From Eledone cirrhosa (lineage: Eukaryota), in NCBI GenBank assembly GCA_964016885.1, contig OZ024756.1, forward strand, positions 22,320,001-22,384,000: DNA of 64,000 nt, given 5' to 3'. Every line of letters starts with the position of its first letter. Position 1 is the stretch's first letter. Shown here piece after piece: positions 27,961 to 40,136 of the stretch. The position numbers and the translations under genes were made by a program. The notes beneath the pieces were generated by a model that was not told the DNA's origin, made no database searches, and was given only the letters and a program-made list of their open reading frames with translations.

Positions 27961-28957
27961 AACAATTCGAACTCAAGCTTTATTTAATTTACCCTTTTTT
28001 TTCCGGCGAGAGAACCCCAATAACACACACAATTTCCACTCCATTTTCACACATGCTACGTTGCTCTAAAAGGACCCGCCTTCAATGCTAATTAGTTTGA
28101 TTAAATAAGGAAATCTATTGACTAATTACGACATTTGAAATATTTTCACTGGTAATCGTATTAAGTATTCCTGTGTATTTAGCACTTACAACGCTCCCAT
28201 CACTGTTAGACTGCCTATGATCCCATTAGTAGGAATACGGGTATAAATTTGTTAACGATTTGTGTTCTACATAAAAGATCTCTGTGATTGTGAGGCGTGG
28301 CTCTTATTAGTATTTTTTTTGTTTCAGCTTTTGAAAAAGATGTTAGATCGACCTCATTGGAAAATGCTCTACAATTTTCTGTTCTACGTGGATGAGTGAA
28401 TAGTTGGGCGTATGTGAATCTACTTATGCGTGTGAAAATAGACAATATTATTCACGGGAAACGATGAAAACGATTAAATAGATAGTCATTTATAAGAAAT
28501 ATATATCATATGAAAGCTATAGTATATTACAAAGGAACAAACAGTAAAATGATCTAAAACAAAAATAAAATGCTTCAAAATGTACAGCGTGAGACTCAAA
28601 TTCGGTAAAAATCAAATACTACTTGCAATGTAAAGAATGAAAACGGAATGTCAATAGTAATGATAAATGGAGAGATATTTCTTAAATCTGGTTCAATGCC
28701 ACAAGATAATCATCTTGGAATTTGTATTGTGAAACCATCGTTCTGGAAAAACGTTTATCAATAGAATGAATAAAGAATTTTTCCAACCACAAAGGAAAAT
28801 AATGAAGACTGCGAAAAGAGTAAAAGGAAATTTATGAACGAGAATTATGGAAACCAAAAAAAACCAAAGGAGGTAACGAAAGATGGGAAGATAACTCTAC
28901 ATTCCGTGTATAACACCAATCTTAATATCAATTTCACCCCACTACCATTTTACATAC

Positions 28958-29010
<53 letters not shown>

Positions 29011-29012
<2 letters not shown>

Positions 29013-29214
29013 CGAAGGAAATGTGGTAAGGAACCAGGTGGACCATAACGCACCAAAGTACTCAATACTTGGGGTAGTAGAGTGGGTAATAGGAACCAGT
29101 AAGACCCCGACGGCTGAGCTCAAGCCGTTTCGACGGCTAATTCTGGACTCAATTCCAGTCCAGAATTAGCCGTCGAAACGGCTTGAGCTCAGCCGTCGGG
29201 GTCTTACTGGTTCC
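29011..29214 (+). mobile_element. Short fold-back copy of PLE family A
   Basis: Same 78-nt tail as 1972-2049 (one substitution); 61-bp perfect arms 29089-29149 / 29157-29217; only the 3' half of the hammerhead is kept. Confidence 0.92.
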
Positions 29215-29237
29215 TATATATATATATATATATATAT

Positions 29238-29480
29238 AAAGAGATCGTTATATAGAATAAATCAATCAACGATCATTTGGCTCTATGAGAATATTACGGC
29301 CAAAATTCCAAGACCTCAGAGATTTGCATAAATATATTGAGTAGTAGAATGGGTAATAGGAAAAGCGTTAAGACCCAGACGGTTGAGCCCCGGTCGTTTC
29401 GACAGCTAGATCTGAACTCGCTGTCGTTCAGATCTAGCTGTAGAAAAGGCTGGATCTCTGCCGTCGGGGTTGATTCTTTT

Positions 29481-29482
<2 letters not shown>
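29238..29482 (+). mobile_element. Fold-back insertion related to family A, with diverged arms
   Basis: Arms 29356-29417 / 29426-29485; GTAGTAGAATGGGTAATAGGAA shared with the family A tail/arm junction. Confidence 0.75.
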
Positions 29483-29521
<39 letters not shown>

Positions 29522-29523
<2 letters not shown>

Positions 29524-29967
29524 AAGGCGGGTAAAATTCCCGAGATCCATGGACGAGTTCTCTCCAGCGGTCTCTATCCCTCATTATCGCTGCCATATCC
29601 TGCATCTCCAACAGACCAGTGTCTGTCCTTAGGGCATCAACATATGTTAACCTTGGTCTTCCTCTTCTAGTGTGTCCATGTAGGGGCTCCCAAAGGAGCA
29701 CTGAGTGCAATGTCAACTCTGGATGTCGGTGAGCATGTCCAGCCAACCTCAGTCTCCTCTGTGTCACTTTTGAGCTGACTTTTGGGATGCTCACATACAG
29801 CTCTGAGTTTTTCATCCTCAGTGTATACTGATTAATGTTCAGAGCCATCCTCATTGCTGTAGTGGAGTCTGTGCTGCTGTATGGGTCTGAGACTTGGACA
29901 CTGACCAAGAGACTCACTCAGATGGTGGATGGGTGCTACACGAGAATGCTGAGGATGGCTCTGAACA

Positions 29968-29972
<5 letters not shown>
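29522..29972 (-). mobile_element. RTE-clade LINE 3' end with 5' inversion, in (TA)n
   Basis: Minus: RMALNINQY..RRLRLAGHAHRHPE..LLWEPLHGHTRRGRPRLTYVDAL..DRDRWR. Plus 29854-29972: AVVESVLLYGSETWTLTKRLTQMVDGCYTRMLRMALNI. Confidence 0.92.
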
Positions 29973-30016
<44 letters not shown>

Positions 30017-30248
30017 CAATTTCCGTTACTCGGGCATTACGAAAAATGTCAGATGCGGAAACTCTTGAAACAGAGAAGATAAAGGACTTTAAATGAGTAC
30101 ATTATATATAAGTATTCTGTTAAAAATATTGAGAATAGTTTTATGCACGTCATCTGAACGAAGTAATTTTCATTTCACTCTAATATAAAGACCATCAAGA
30201 GATATCTCCTCCCATATATATTAAAGTGACAGGAGGCCAAATATGTTA

Positions 30249-30302
<54 letters not shown>

Positions 30303-31521
30303 TTACATACGTATATAAATGTACTAACATTGGTAAGTTTCACCAGTCTCCTGCTTATGCTTGAAAGACATAGCTAATTGTAGGCTGTTAAAAACTAAAA
30401 TAAAAAAAATTGCAATAATGATTTATCGAGCCACTTATGAGATCTGAAATTAGCCAACTCATCGTTTAATATAAAAGGAAAATTGTATCTTTGATAAAAC
30501 TATACACGAAGAATAAAAAGCCTTGTCAGATTTACATTTCAAAATTATATGAAATTTATTTTCCAGCTGAATCGTATTTAATGGAAATTCTGTATTAATC
30601 TCCTCCTGCAGACACATGATATATATAAAATATTAAAACACTTTTAAAGTATTATATTCTCAAATCGGTGGCAATATTTCTTGAACAAACACCCGCACTT
30701 GTATTTTAGCACATTCCTACTAACATTTACACACTATCATATGTTTATTTCAATACATTTTTCTATCAAGACAAAAGGCACATTTAGTATAGCTCATTGT
30801 CAACTAATAAAAGTCTATTTCTTTTAACAATCATTATCTTTTAGTCGTTACATCTCTCTTAACTTAAAATACCCATGGCCTTGCCCCAGCATGGCCTCAG
30901 TCAATCAGCTTGAACAGGTGAATTGTATATCAGAGAAATTATATATTTCTAATTAATAATTCCAGGCACTACCATTTACTTCATTTATTTCATTGTTTTA
31001 TTTTTAACATAGAATAAATTTTTCCTCAAAAGATTTTATATTCATTTACGAATCGAATTAATTCCTGACAAATTCTTCTTAAACAATTAATTTATTAAGA
31101 TTCAATAAATTTATGTTACAAATTAAATTTATTAAGCTTTATTAAATTTCTGTTGCTGTAGTTAATTTTATAAGTACTAAATCACAATCACATCTAATTC
31201 AACTGGTTATTGGTACATTAAATTTGTATATTTGTATGTATTACATCGTAATACACAAAATTATAACCATCACCATATTTTATCTCTAAACACGTGCTGT
31301 GTATTTTATTGTAATATCCATTTGACATTAATGTACACTAGTTAACATGTGTATTCGTATATTCTGAGTTTCCTTCTAAGGTGTTCACTTCACGAATATC
31401 TGAACAACGAAATGCGTGTGTGAGTGTATATATGTGTGTGTCTGATGGTAGCTAAGATGCTTCCATAGGCGGTATGCCGGATGAGCACTCTATGCTCTTA
31501 CAGAGCAGAGTATGATAGAAT

Positions 31522-31834
31522 AGAAAACGAAAAATCAGTGATGCATCTGAACTCATTTTAATGTGTGTCACAATTGTTTCGCCGGCGGACAGCTCGAGAC
31601 GCGATCATTGTGTGGTTCTGTCTGATTTTGGACCCGCGGGTTCGACGGACACGTCTAATGATTTCGAAACACATCTAACGATATGCTCCGAAATCATTAG
31701 ACGTGTCCGTCGAACCTGCGGGTCCAGAATCAGACAGATCCACACAATGGTCGTGTCTCGAGCTGTTCGCCGGCGAAACAATTGTAACACACAATTAATT
31801 GAGTTCAGATGCATCACTGATTTTTTCGTTTTCT
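31522..31834 (+). mobile_element. ~145-bp-arm imperfect palindrome (fold-back insertion) ending in (TC)n
   Basis: Arms 31522-31666 / 31689-31834; contains a core-deleted hammerhead-like motif at 31753-31790. Confidence 0.8.
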
Positions 31835-32945
31835 CTCTCTCTCTCTCTTAGCATTGAAGGCGGGTCCTTCTAGAGAGCGAGAGAGAGAGAGAGAGAGAGA
31901 GAAGTAGGATTTAGCTTCGAGCATAGCTGTATAAACATATTGGAATTGTGTATTTCTAAAGAAATACGGTATATTTATAGATAAACATTTAGAAAGCTGT
32001 AGATATGCAAAACCACCGGAGGCTATTCAACCCTGGTGGTGTCCAACAAAAGCAAGGGGGACAATCGTCGATGCATTTTGAACTTAACTGGTTCTTGTCA
32101 AAACGTTTCTTTCCATTCTTGCGAATGCTGGACTTGAAAACACGAGAATATATGGTTTACTCGTCTCTGTAAATGAGGTGATTAATACACACATTTATAT
32201 ATATATATATGTGTGTGTGTGTATGTGCGTGCGTGCGTGCATATGTGTATGCGTGTATCTGTGTGTGTGCATGTGTGCTTGTGGGTGTGTGTGTGTGTGT
32301 GGGTGTTGGTGTGCGTGTATGTGTGTGGGTGTATGTGTGTGGGTCTATGTGTACGTGTGTATGTGTGTGTACGTGCGCGCGCGTGTGTACGTGTGCGTAC
32401 ATGTGTATGTGTAGGTGTGCACGTGTGTAGGTGTGTATGTGTGTATGTGTATACGCGTGTGCACGTGTTTATATAGCAAGTTGGTTCGGTATTCAGAGAA
32501 ATAAAATGTGCCATATGATATGTATGTATATAGGTACCCGTGTATGTACGTATGTTTATACGTGTGTATATACGTGTGAGTACGTAAGAGTACGTGAGTG
32601 TATTATACTTTTCATTCTCATGTTTTCTCTATCTAATATGTTTTAAACTATTTCATATGATAACTAATAATCACGTACGTGATATCTTATATTCCAATGT
32701 ATTTATTTTCCATACATTTCTTCTATTAGATGTCATATATTCTATTTATGTTGGTTTTCATTTAATAATTTCACTGCTGTAAAATGTAACAACCTCTAAA
32801 ATACACACGAAATATGACGCAATTCTGAAAGAAATTACAGTTATTTTTAGATAGGCGCGGTTTGTATTCATCATTCTGTACATATTAAACAAAATAAAGA
32901 TGTTCAATACAACAAAACATTGATATTCAGCCTGTTTTTATACAC

Positions 32946-32985
<40 letters not shown>

Positions 32986-33028
32986 ATATATGTGTGTATA
33001 TATATATGTGTGTGTATATATATGTGTC

Positions 33029-33193
33029 TGATATGTTGATTTAAAACTGCACTATCCACAAGTGTTTTTTAATCTTCATATCATGTCTTCCTGTTTTATC
33101 TGATGAAAACACAAATATTATTGCATGATGATATTTGTTTTTGAAATGCGCATAATAAAATACATGGAACTCTTTTAACCATCTTTTGTTCTT
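33029..33193 (+). mobile_element. Second family O copy (single arm) with intact hammerhead at 33094-33160
   Basis: Near-identical to 16060-16224. Confidence 0.9.
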
Positions 33194-33424
33194 ATATATT
33201 ATGTGTGTGTATATATATGTGTGTGTATATATATATGTGAGTATATATATATGTGTGTATATATGTGTGTATATATGTGTGTATATATATGTGTATATAT
33301 ATATATGTGTGTGTGCGTGTGCGTGTGTGTGTGCGCGCGTGTATGTATGTGTGCGTGTAGGTAGTCATGTATGTATGTATATGTGTGTGTGTTTCAATAA
33401 ACTGCATTATATAATGAATAATAT

Positions 33425-33740
33425 TTGTTTCTACTTTTGGCACAAGGCCAGCAATTACCCCAGTACATTACTGGTACTTAATTTTATCGACCCCGTAAGG
33501 ATGAAGGGCAATGTTAACCTCGGCGGGAGTTGAATCAGATCATAAAGGGTCGTAACTCTATGCTGAAAGCCTGGCGTATGACCCTCGCCCGACCAATACT
33601 GCCAATCCACCGCCTTTGCCAATCCGCCTTATATAATTGTTTCTACTTTTGGCACAAGGCCAGCAATCAACCAGTGCATTACTGGTACTTTATTCTATCG
33701 ACCCCGTAAGGATGAAAGGCAAAGTTAACCTCGGCGGGAT
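33425..33740 (-). mobile_element. SINE (33425-33613) plus SINE 3' half (33635-33740)
   Basis: Reverse complement of the SINE consensus. Confidence 0.88.
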
Positions 33741-34148
33741 ATAATGAATGATATTAATGTATGATATACATAAGTGATTACTTCCTATTCTAAAATAAGA
33801 CTTTTTCACTACCAAGTTACAGTCATTTAAAATCTATTTCTTCCGATATTACTCAGTATATTTATACATATATATGATTTCTGTTCAACGTAATGGTAAT
33901 GCGTTCCATTTCAAAATCAATATACTACAATTTTCTGCTCTTAGTTTTATACATCCATCACTAAAAATCTTCATGATTGAATGTTTATCTAGATATATTT
34001 TTTTTTATTGTTATTTCTCTCGAAATGTTGAGCCGTATATATTTTACTAGAAATATTGTTCATAAAGGTTCATTTCCATTTACGAACAAACTCAGTAAAA
34101 ATGTGATTTGTAGGTAGAAAATTAAACGCACATACAGGAGATTCAGTC

Positions 34149-34186
<38 letters not shown>

Positions 34187-34188
<2 letters not shown>

Positions 34189-34321
34189 CAAAGAGGGTGT
34201 GTTAAGATATCAGGTGGACCATAAAGCACCAAAGTACTCAATACTTAGAGTAGTAGAGCTGGTAATATGAAAAGAGTCAGGACCCCGACCGCTGAGCTCC
34301 GGCCATCGGGGTCCTGACTAT

Positions 34322-34323
<2 letters not shown>
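34187..34323 (+). mobile_element. Very short fold-back insertion, family A-related
   Basis: Tail CAGGTGGACCATAAAGCACCAAAGTACTCAATACTT like family A; 14-bp arms 34275-34288 / 34306-34319. Confidence 0.8.
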
Positions 34324-34376
<53 letters not shown>

Positions 34377-34380
<4 letters not shown>

Positions 34381-34397
34381 CCGAAATGCGATTCTCG

Positions 34398-34448
<51 letters not shown>

Positions 34449-34642
34449 CTCGTCATTTACACGTGCTAAGAATGTAGCTTCTAATTTGAATGGAAGGAGA
34501 TGGGTGATGTGTTGGTATATATATATACCAACATATCACCCATCTCCTTCCATTCAAATTAGAAGCTACATTCTTAGCACGTGTAAATGACGAGTATATA
34601 TATAAATATATATATATAAATTTAGCGAGAATCGCATTTCGG

Positions 34643-34684
<42 letters not shown>

Positions 34685-34746
34685 AACATACCACCCATCT
34701 CCTTCCATTCAAATTAGAAGCTACATTCTTAGCACGTGTAAATGAC
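34377..34746. repeat. Inverted triplication centred on a (TA)n tract
   Basis: 34377-34516 mirrors 34527-34646; a third direct copy lies at 34682-34746. Confidence 0.88.
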
Positions 34747-35496
34747 AACTACGTATGTTTTGAAACAGTGAGCAGGTTTGAAATTAGAAAATAGAATAGC
34801 TTTCACCGTACTTTTGACTAAAGAAATTTTAGCTTGATAATAGGGTTTAGAATCCTCAGATAAATGGAAAAAGATGAGTATTGATGTACATGTACATCAA
34901 TATGTATATATGCAAAAAGTAAACAGAGATAACAAAGCAAACGGTGCACTACATTAAAGAAATATATTAGTTTAACGCTTGGTATAGTAGGAAAGAGAAT
35001 ATGAAATAAAAGATGAAATAGAAATATAGAGAGTGGGTAGAGAAAGGAACAGGAAAAAAAACTTTTGAAAAAAAAAAAAGAGACGCGTGTAGATTTAGTC
35101 AATCTTTTATTTGCATATTTATACACTTAAAAAAAAAATACATTTCCTAAATCATTTGTTGGTTCATTGAGCATTAGTTGTTTTCAATTGTTAACTAAAT
35201 GTTTCGCTTCCGTTCAGATAGAATTGTATATCTTATTTCAATATCTTTTTTCTATTTTCGTTATGGATTCGTATGTTAGTTTGTTTTTTCATTCTTTGGT
35301 AAAATAGTTATCATTATCGTCAGCCATTGATAAATTACGTGATGTAAGGATTTTCTATTTATTGATGAATTGTTAAAAACGTGTTCCTTCACTTAGAAAC
35401 CGTGCATGTTTCGCAAGCAATCACGCATAGCCGTGCATGCACACACACATATCAATAAAACAACACACATATATCTATAAAACACATGCATATACG

Positions 35497-35523
<27 letters not shown>

Positions 35524-35527
<4 letters not shown>

Positions 35528-36068
35528 AAGTTAAATAAAAGTCAAATGATTAAAATTTAGCTTCGTTTATTACTGCTATATATATTTCAGTGACAGCCAT
35601 CTTTGGCTGTGACCTCTTCAGGCAGTTTGAATTAGTATGGTATAGACAAGTACATATGTTGTTTAGGTGTATGATATTGTCAATACTCTGATATGCCCAG
35701 TTCCTTGCTGGGTTGTTAATTCACTGGGGAACTGGAGTCATATCAACTGGATATGACTCCAGTTCCCCAGTGAATTAACAACCCAGCAAGGAACTGGGCA
35801 TATCAGAGTATTGACAATATCATACACCTAAACAACATATGTACTTGTCTATACCATACTAATTCAAACTGCCTGAAGAGGTCACAGCCAAAGATGGCTG
35901 TCACTGAAATATATATAGCAGTAATAAACGAAGCTAAATTTTAATCATTTGACTTTTATTTAACTTTATTTTACACTACTCCGGAGTAACCAAACCAACC
36001 TGCGCACTTCGTCGAGTGCTCCAGCCTGCATACTCAGGTGTTGGTATACAACCAACATAAACTCAAAA
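35524..36068 (-). mobile_element. Fold-back PLE-type insertion (family F): 221-bp apparently perfect arms plus ~98-nt tail
   Basis: Arms 35524-35744 / 35750-35970 with a 5-nt loop; tail 35971-36068 followed by (TC)8(TA)n. Confidence 0.92.
35868..35922 (+). ncRNA. Type I hammerhead (family F); mirror copy at 35572-35626 (-)
   Basis: ACTGC-CTGAAGA-GGTCACAGCCA AAGA TGGCTGTCACT-GAAA-TATATA-TA-GCAGT. Confidence 0.88.
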
Positions 36069-36099
<31 letters not shown>

Positions 36100-36723
36100 G
36101 ACTACATAGATGAGAGCATTGGCAAGTAAGCATCTTAACCGAAGTTGTTGAATAACGAATAATGCCACAAACTTGAACCTACTAACATAATTATCCTGAA
36201 CAGTTGATAGCCAAGTCACTCAGTTCTGAATATAGTACAATAATCTCTCTCTCCCTGTGTGTGTATATATATATAACCATATATATATATATATATATAA
36301 CCATATATATATATATATATATAATCATATATATACAACCATATGTCTCAATGAATGAGTTATGGACCAACCGGAGTTATACGGACCCCTATTCCGTTGG
36401 CTCCGTTTATGTATATATAAATTCCGAAGAGATTGCATGAAAGACATCTTGATTACATGGGAGAACCGTTATAATAATTATAATGATTAAACGATTTATG
36501 TAACATCAGCATCTTTATTTATGTTATATATATCCAGTTATTCAAAATATATCTATTTGGAAGTTCAAGTTTAGTCCGGGTAAATGTCCAGTTCAGGGTA
36601 AAAATCCAATGTAAGTAACCAAGATGGCGACGTGTTTAGAATTTTTTTTTTTTTATTAGAACATTTTTTTTTCATTTCCACCAATGTCCAGTCTATCTAT
36701 TTCTTCTTTAATTTCTCATTCTA

Positions 36724-36759
36724 TTTTCTGATGAAGGACTAGAGTTCGAAACATTAAGA
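36724..36759 (+). ncRNA. Minimal hammerhead (family P)
   Basis: TTTT-CTGATGA-A-GGAC TAGA GTTC-GAAA-CA-TT-AAGA. The downstream 80 nt are homologous to the 46947-47020 (-) copy. Confidence 0.7.
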
Positions 36760-37497
36760 CACTTTTCTTACTATATCAAGCGTAAAAGTAATATTTTTCT
36801 TCATTGCATTGTCGTATGCCTTGTTATTTCTGTCTCCCCTCTCTCTCTGTAGAGAGAAAGAGAGGGAGAGAAAGGGACAGTGATATCCCGAGTAAAATCG
36901 GGAGTAACCTGTGTCCAAAAAGGTACCCAGTGTAAGCATCATTATCTACTACTAGCAGAAAACCACCCTTAAGGTGGTTTTCTGCTAGCATGTGTAGTGT
37001 GTATATTGATATTATACGCAAGTATATATGCATGTAGATATGATACATCAAATAAAATTGAAATTGACAATATGCACAGAAATTGAACGAAGGCTGCGTT
37101 ACACTCCCTTATGTAATCAGTACTCCACGATACATTAAAAAAAGACGATATTATTTATAAACTGCATTAGGAGAAAATTAGTGACGGCAATATATAAATG
37201 TGTATTTAAGCGATCGCTAACCGGAAGTGTTGACATTTGAAAATTTTAAAGAAGTGAATCTTTAAATAAGCAATTAAATATATTTAATCAAGAGCTACGA
37301 AATTTAGTGGATAAATTAGGTAATATTTATTATTTATTCAAAGTAATCCAACTTATTTTAGAAACGACATAAAAAAATATATTCTGGACGCAGTCCCGCA
37401 CTCCTTTCTTTATTATAGTTAAGATAGAAACGGCTTCTACGAGACTAGAACTGTTGCATTCGTAAGGAATTATCAACAACAGCAACAATAGTTTGGG

Positions 37498-37645
37498 ATT
37501 TAGGCACTAGGCCAAGCATTTTGGCGGAGGAGAAAGTCGATTAGATCGACTTCAGTTCATTACTGGTACTTTATTTTATCGACCTCTGAAGGATAAAAGG
37601 CAAAACTAACCTATGTGGGATTTGACCTAAGAACGTAAAGGGTCG
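37498..37645 (-). mobile_element. Diverged SINE
   Basis: TACTGGTACTTTATTTTATCGAC..GGATAAAAGGCAAA..GGGATTTGA. Confidence 0.75.
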
Positions 37646-37999
37646 TATAACGTTTTCTACATTAGGCGTGCGTGCGCGTGTGTGTGTGGTCTGGTACTTG
37701 TGTGTGGTTGTTAACTGTGTATATATCACACTTCACAACGAGGAAATTTTACAACCGCTATTCTATAAAATTAGTTGTCTTATTTGATTCTGTCAAGTTG
37801 TTAGGCTGAATGGCACAGAGAGAGAGAGGGGGGAGAAGAGGTGAGAGAGAAGAAGGGAGAGAGGAAGGAGAGAGAAGAAGGGAGAGAGGGAGGATAGAGG
37901 GAGGAGAGAATATGAGATGGAGGTGGGAGAGAGAAAGGAGCGAAAGATGGGAGAATGTGATGCTTAGGGACGGGAATCGAAAGTTACAAAGAGAGACGG

Positions 38000-38046
<47 letters not shown>

Positions 38047-38233
38047 AAAAGAGAGAGAGAGATAGAAAGAGAGAGAAAGAGAGAAAGAAAGAGGGAGAGA
38101 GCGAAAGAGAAATAGAGAAAAAGAAGTGAAAGAGAAAAAGAGAAAAAGAAGTGAAAGAGAGAAAGAGAGAAAAAGAGAAAAAAGAGAGAAAAAGAAAGAG
38201 AGAGAAAGAAAAAAAAGAAAGCCAGAGAGAGAT

Positions 38234-38271
<38 letters not shown>

Positions 38272-38904
38272 TGTGTGTGTGTTTTGCTTTAACTAAATGA
38301 GTTTGTGAACACGAGCCTCGCTGACCGTTTGAACTTGAAGAAAAACCCAACGGGCCACAAATTGCTTTGCTTTCCTGACATAAGAGGGAAAGTTACAAGA
38401 GACGATAGTGATATATAGAGACATTTTATGTCTTCTATTCCCCCTGGCGGTGAGATAAATCCGACTACAGCTTCCAGAAATTTCCTATCGTCAAGCGAAA
38501 TATGCAGTAAATTCACACACAGCCAAGTGTGCAATAAGCTGCAACGATATTTACGTGTTTAGAATAATAGTTGACGATGCTACAACGATTGACTTGGGTG
38601 TTTGGCGTTAATAGAAACCATGATGAGAGTAAAGAACGAAGCAAGAAGCAGGAAAACTCATTATATATAGAGTTGTATTAGTGAGGTAATAGCTGTATTG
38701 ATATGTCGTTATCATTAAAATGAAAGAGAATTTTTATTCTTCGGTGATTGCGGAGGGATTGATGAAGTTGTTCCGGCTTCGGATTAAATATATTTGTATA
38801 CAAACATATTTGTATTTGATCTGTCGACCGACTTTCGTCAAATCAGACCGAGGAAACAGTGTTTCCGTTGGTCTCTCCAATTGGTAATACTATCTATCGG
38901 ACGC

Positions 38905-39037
38905 AACTCCAGGTAGAAGGAGCAATGTGAAATAAAGGGTCTAGCTCAAGGACATAACGCATCGCCCGGTCCAGGAATCGAACTGACAACCTCGCGATTA
39001 CGAATCCAGTTCTCTAACTAATCAGCCAAACGCCTTC
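38905..39037 (-). mobile_element. Second SINE family (tRNA head plus CORE-like segment); diverged copy at about 58990-59150
   Basis: GTGAAATAAAG..GCTCAAGGACA..GGAATCGAAC reads as antisense B box plus a MIR/CORE-like CCTTGAGC..CTTTATTTCAC. Confidence 0.6.
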
Positions 39038-39563
39038 AATTGATTTCGGGTATTTTACCTGCCCTAGATCGATAGATAGATAGATAGATTTTTATCTGTT
39101 ACTCTGCCCTAGGTGTTCAAATCCTGTCGATGTCAAATTTGACTTTTATCCAGTGGCAGTGCTTTGTCAGAAATGTTAACCAGTCGGAAAACATGTTTTC
39201 GCGGGTTCTGTTCAGGCTCTGATATGTGTTGAGTTCAAGCCAGGTCTTCTGTAACGGGAAAACTGTGATGCTTCTGTCAGGTGTTGCAAGCAGTGGATAG
39301 TATTAACAATGGAATCACGATGAGATCTGACAATGGGCTCGTTAGCAGTAATAGTAGTAGTAGTGGTGGTGAGGATTGTGGTTGCAATAGTAGTGGCTGT
39401 GATTTTAATATCAGCAGCAGCGGTGGTCGTATCGTTTCTGATTCTGGATTTTTCCGATTTACACACAGTATGATCAAAGCTTTTGCAACAGCGTCAACAG
39501 CGATCACACTGTTTTATTTTTCTTTCAGTCACACACAGAGCTTAGTGCATTATCGAACGTTTT

Positions 39564-39648
<85 letters not shown>

Positions 39649-39652
<4 letters not shown>

Positions 39653-40029
39653 GAGTTTATGTTGGTTGTATACCAACACCTCAGTATGCAGCACCTTGTC
39701 CCTTCTACCATTTTATCAATTTTTAAGCTAACTCCAACAATAACAACACTTAGAATGAGGAATGTTCTAATAACTGACCAATGAGAGGAGAAGAGGACCT
39801 TTGACACTGAAATTCGTTTGTTTGAATTCATATGACTCCAGTTCCCCAACAAGGAACTGGGCATATCAGAGTATTGACAATATTATACACCTCAACAACA
39901 TATGTACTTGTCTATACCACACTAATTCAAACTGCCTGAAGAGGTAACAGCCAAAGATGGCTGTCACTGAAATATATATAGCAGTAATAAATGAAGCTAA
40001 ATTTTAATCATTTGACTTTTATTTAACTT

Positions 40030-40035
<6 letters not shown>
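39649..40035 (+). mobile_element. Second family F insertion: antisense distal tail (39649-39691) plus sense pLTR with hammerhead at 39931-39985
   Basis: 39649-39691 is the reverse complement of 36026-36068. 39830-40035 matches 35751-35972 with a short internal deletion. (GA)n on the left, (TA)n on the right. Confidence 0.88.
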
Positions 40036-40067
<32 letters not shown>

Positions 40068-40073
<6 letters not shown>

Positions 40074-40136
40074 TGTTATCGGTGAAGGAAATACATTGTT
40101 ATCGGTGAAGGAAATACATTGTTATCGGTGAAGGAA
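40068..40136. repeat. 23-bp tandem repeat x3
   Basis: ATACATTGTTATCGGTGAAGGAA x3. Confidence 0.9.

Noticed and set aside
36620-38452. YY1-like AAGATGGCG (36621), ETS-like ACCGGAAGTG (37220) and CTCF-like CCCCCTGGCGG (38440) motifs
   Set aside because: Short motifs that can occur by chance in 64 kb, with no supporting context.
39212-39565. Overlapping 76-94 aa ORFs in a complex island
   Set aside because: No recognisable motif and no convincing splice sites.
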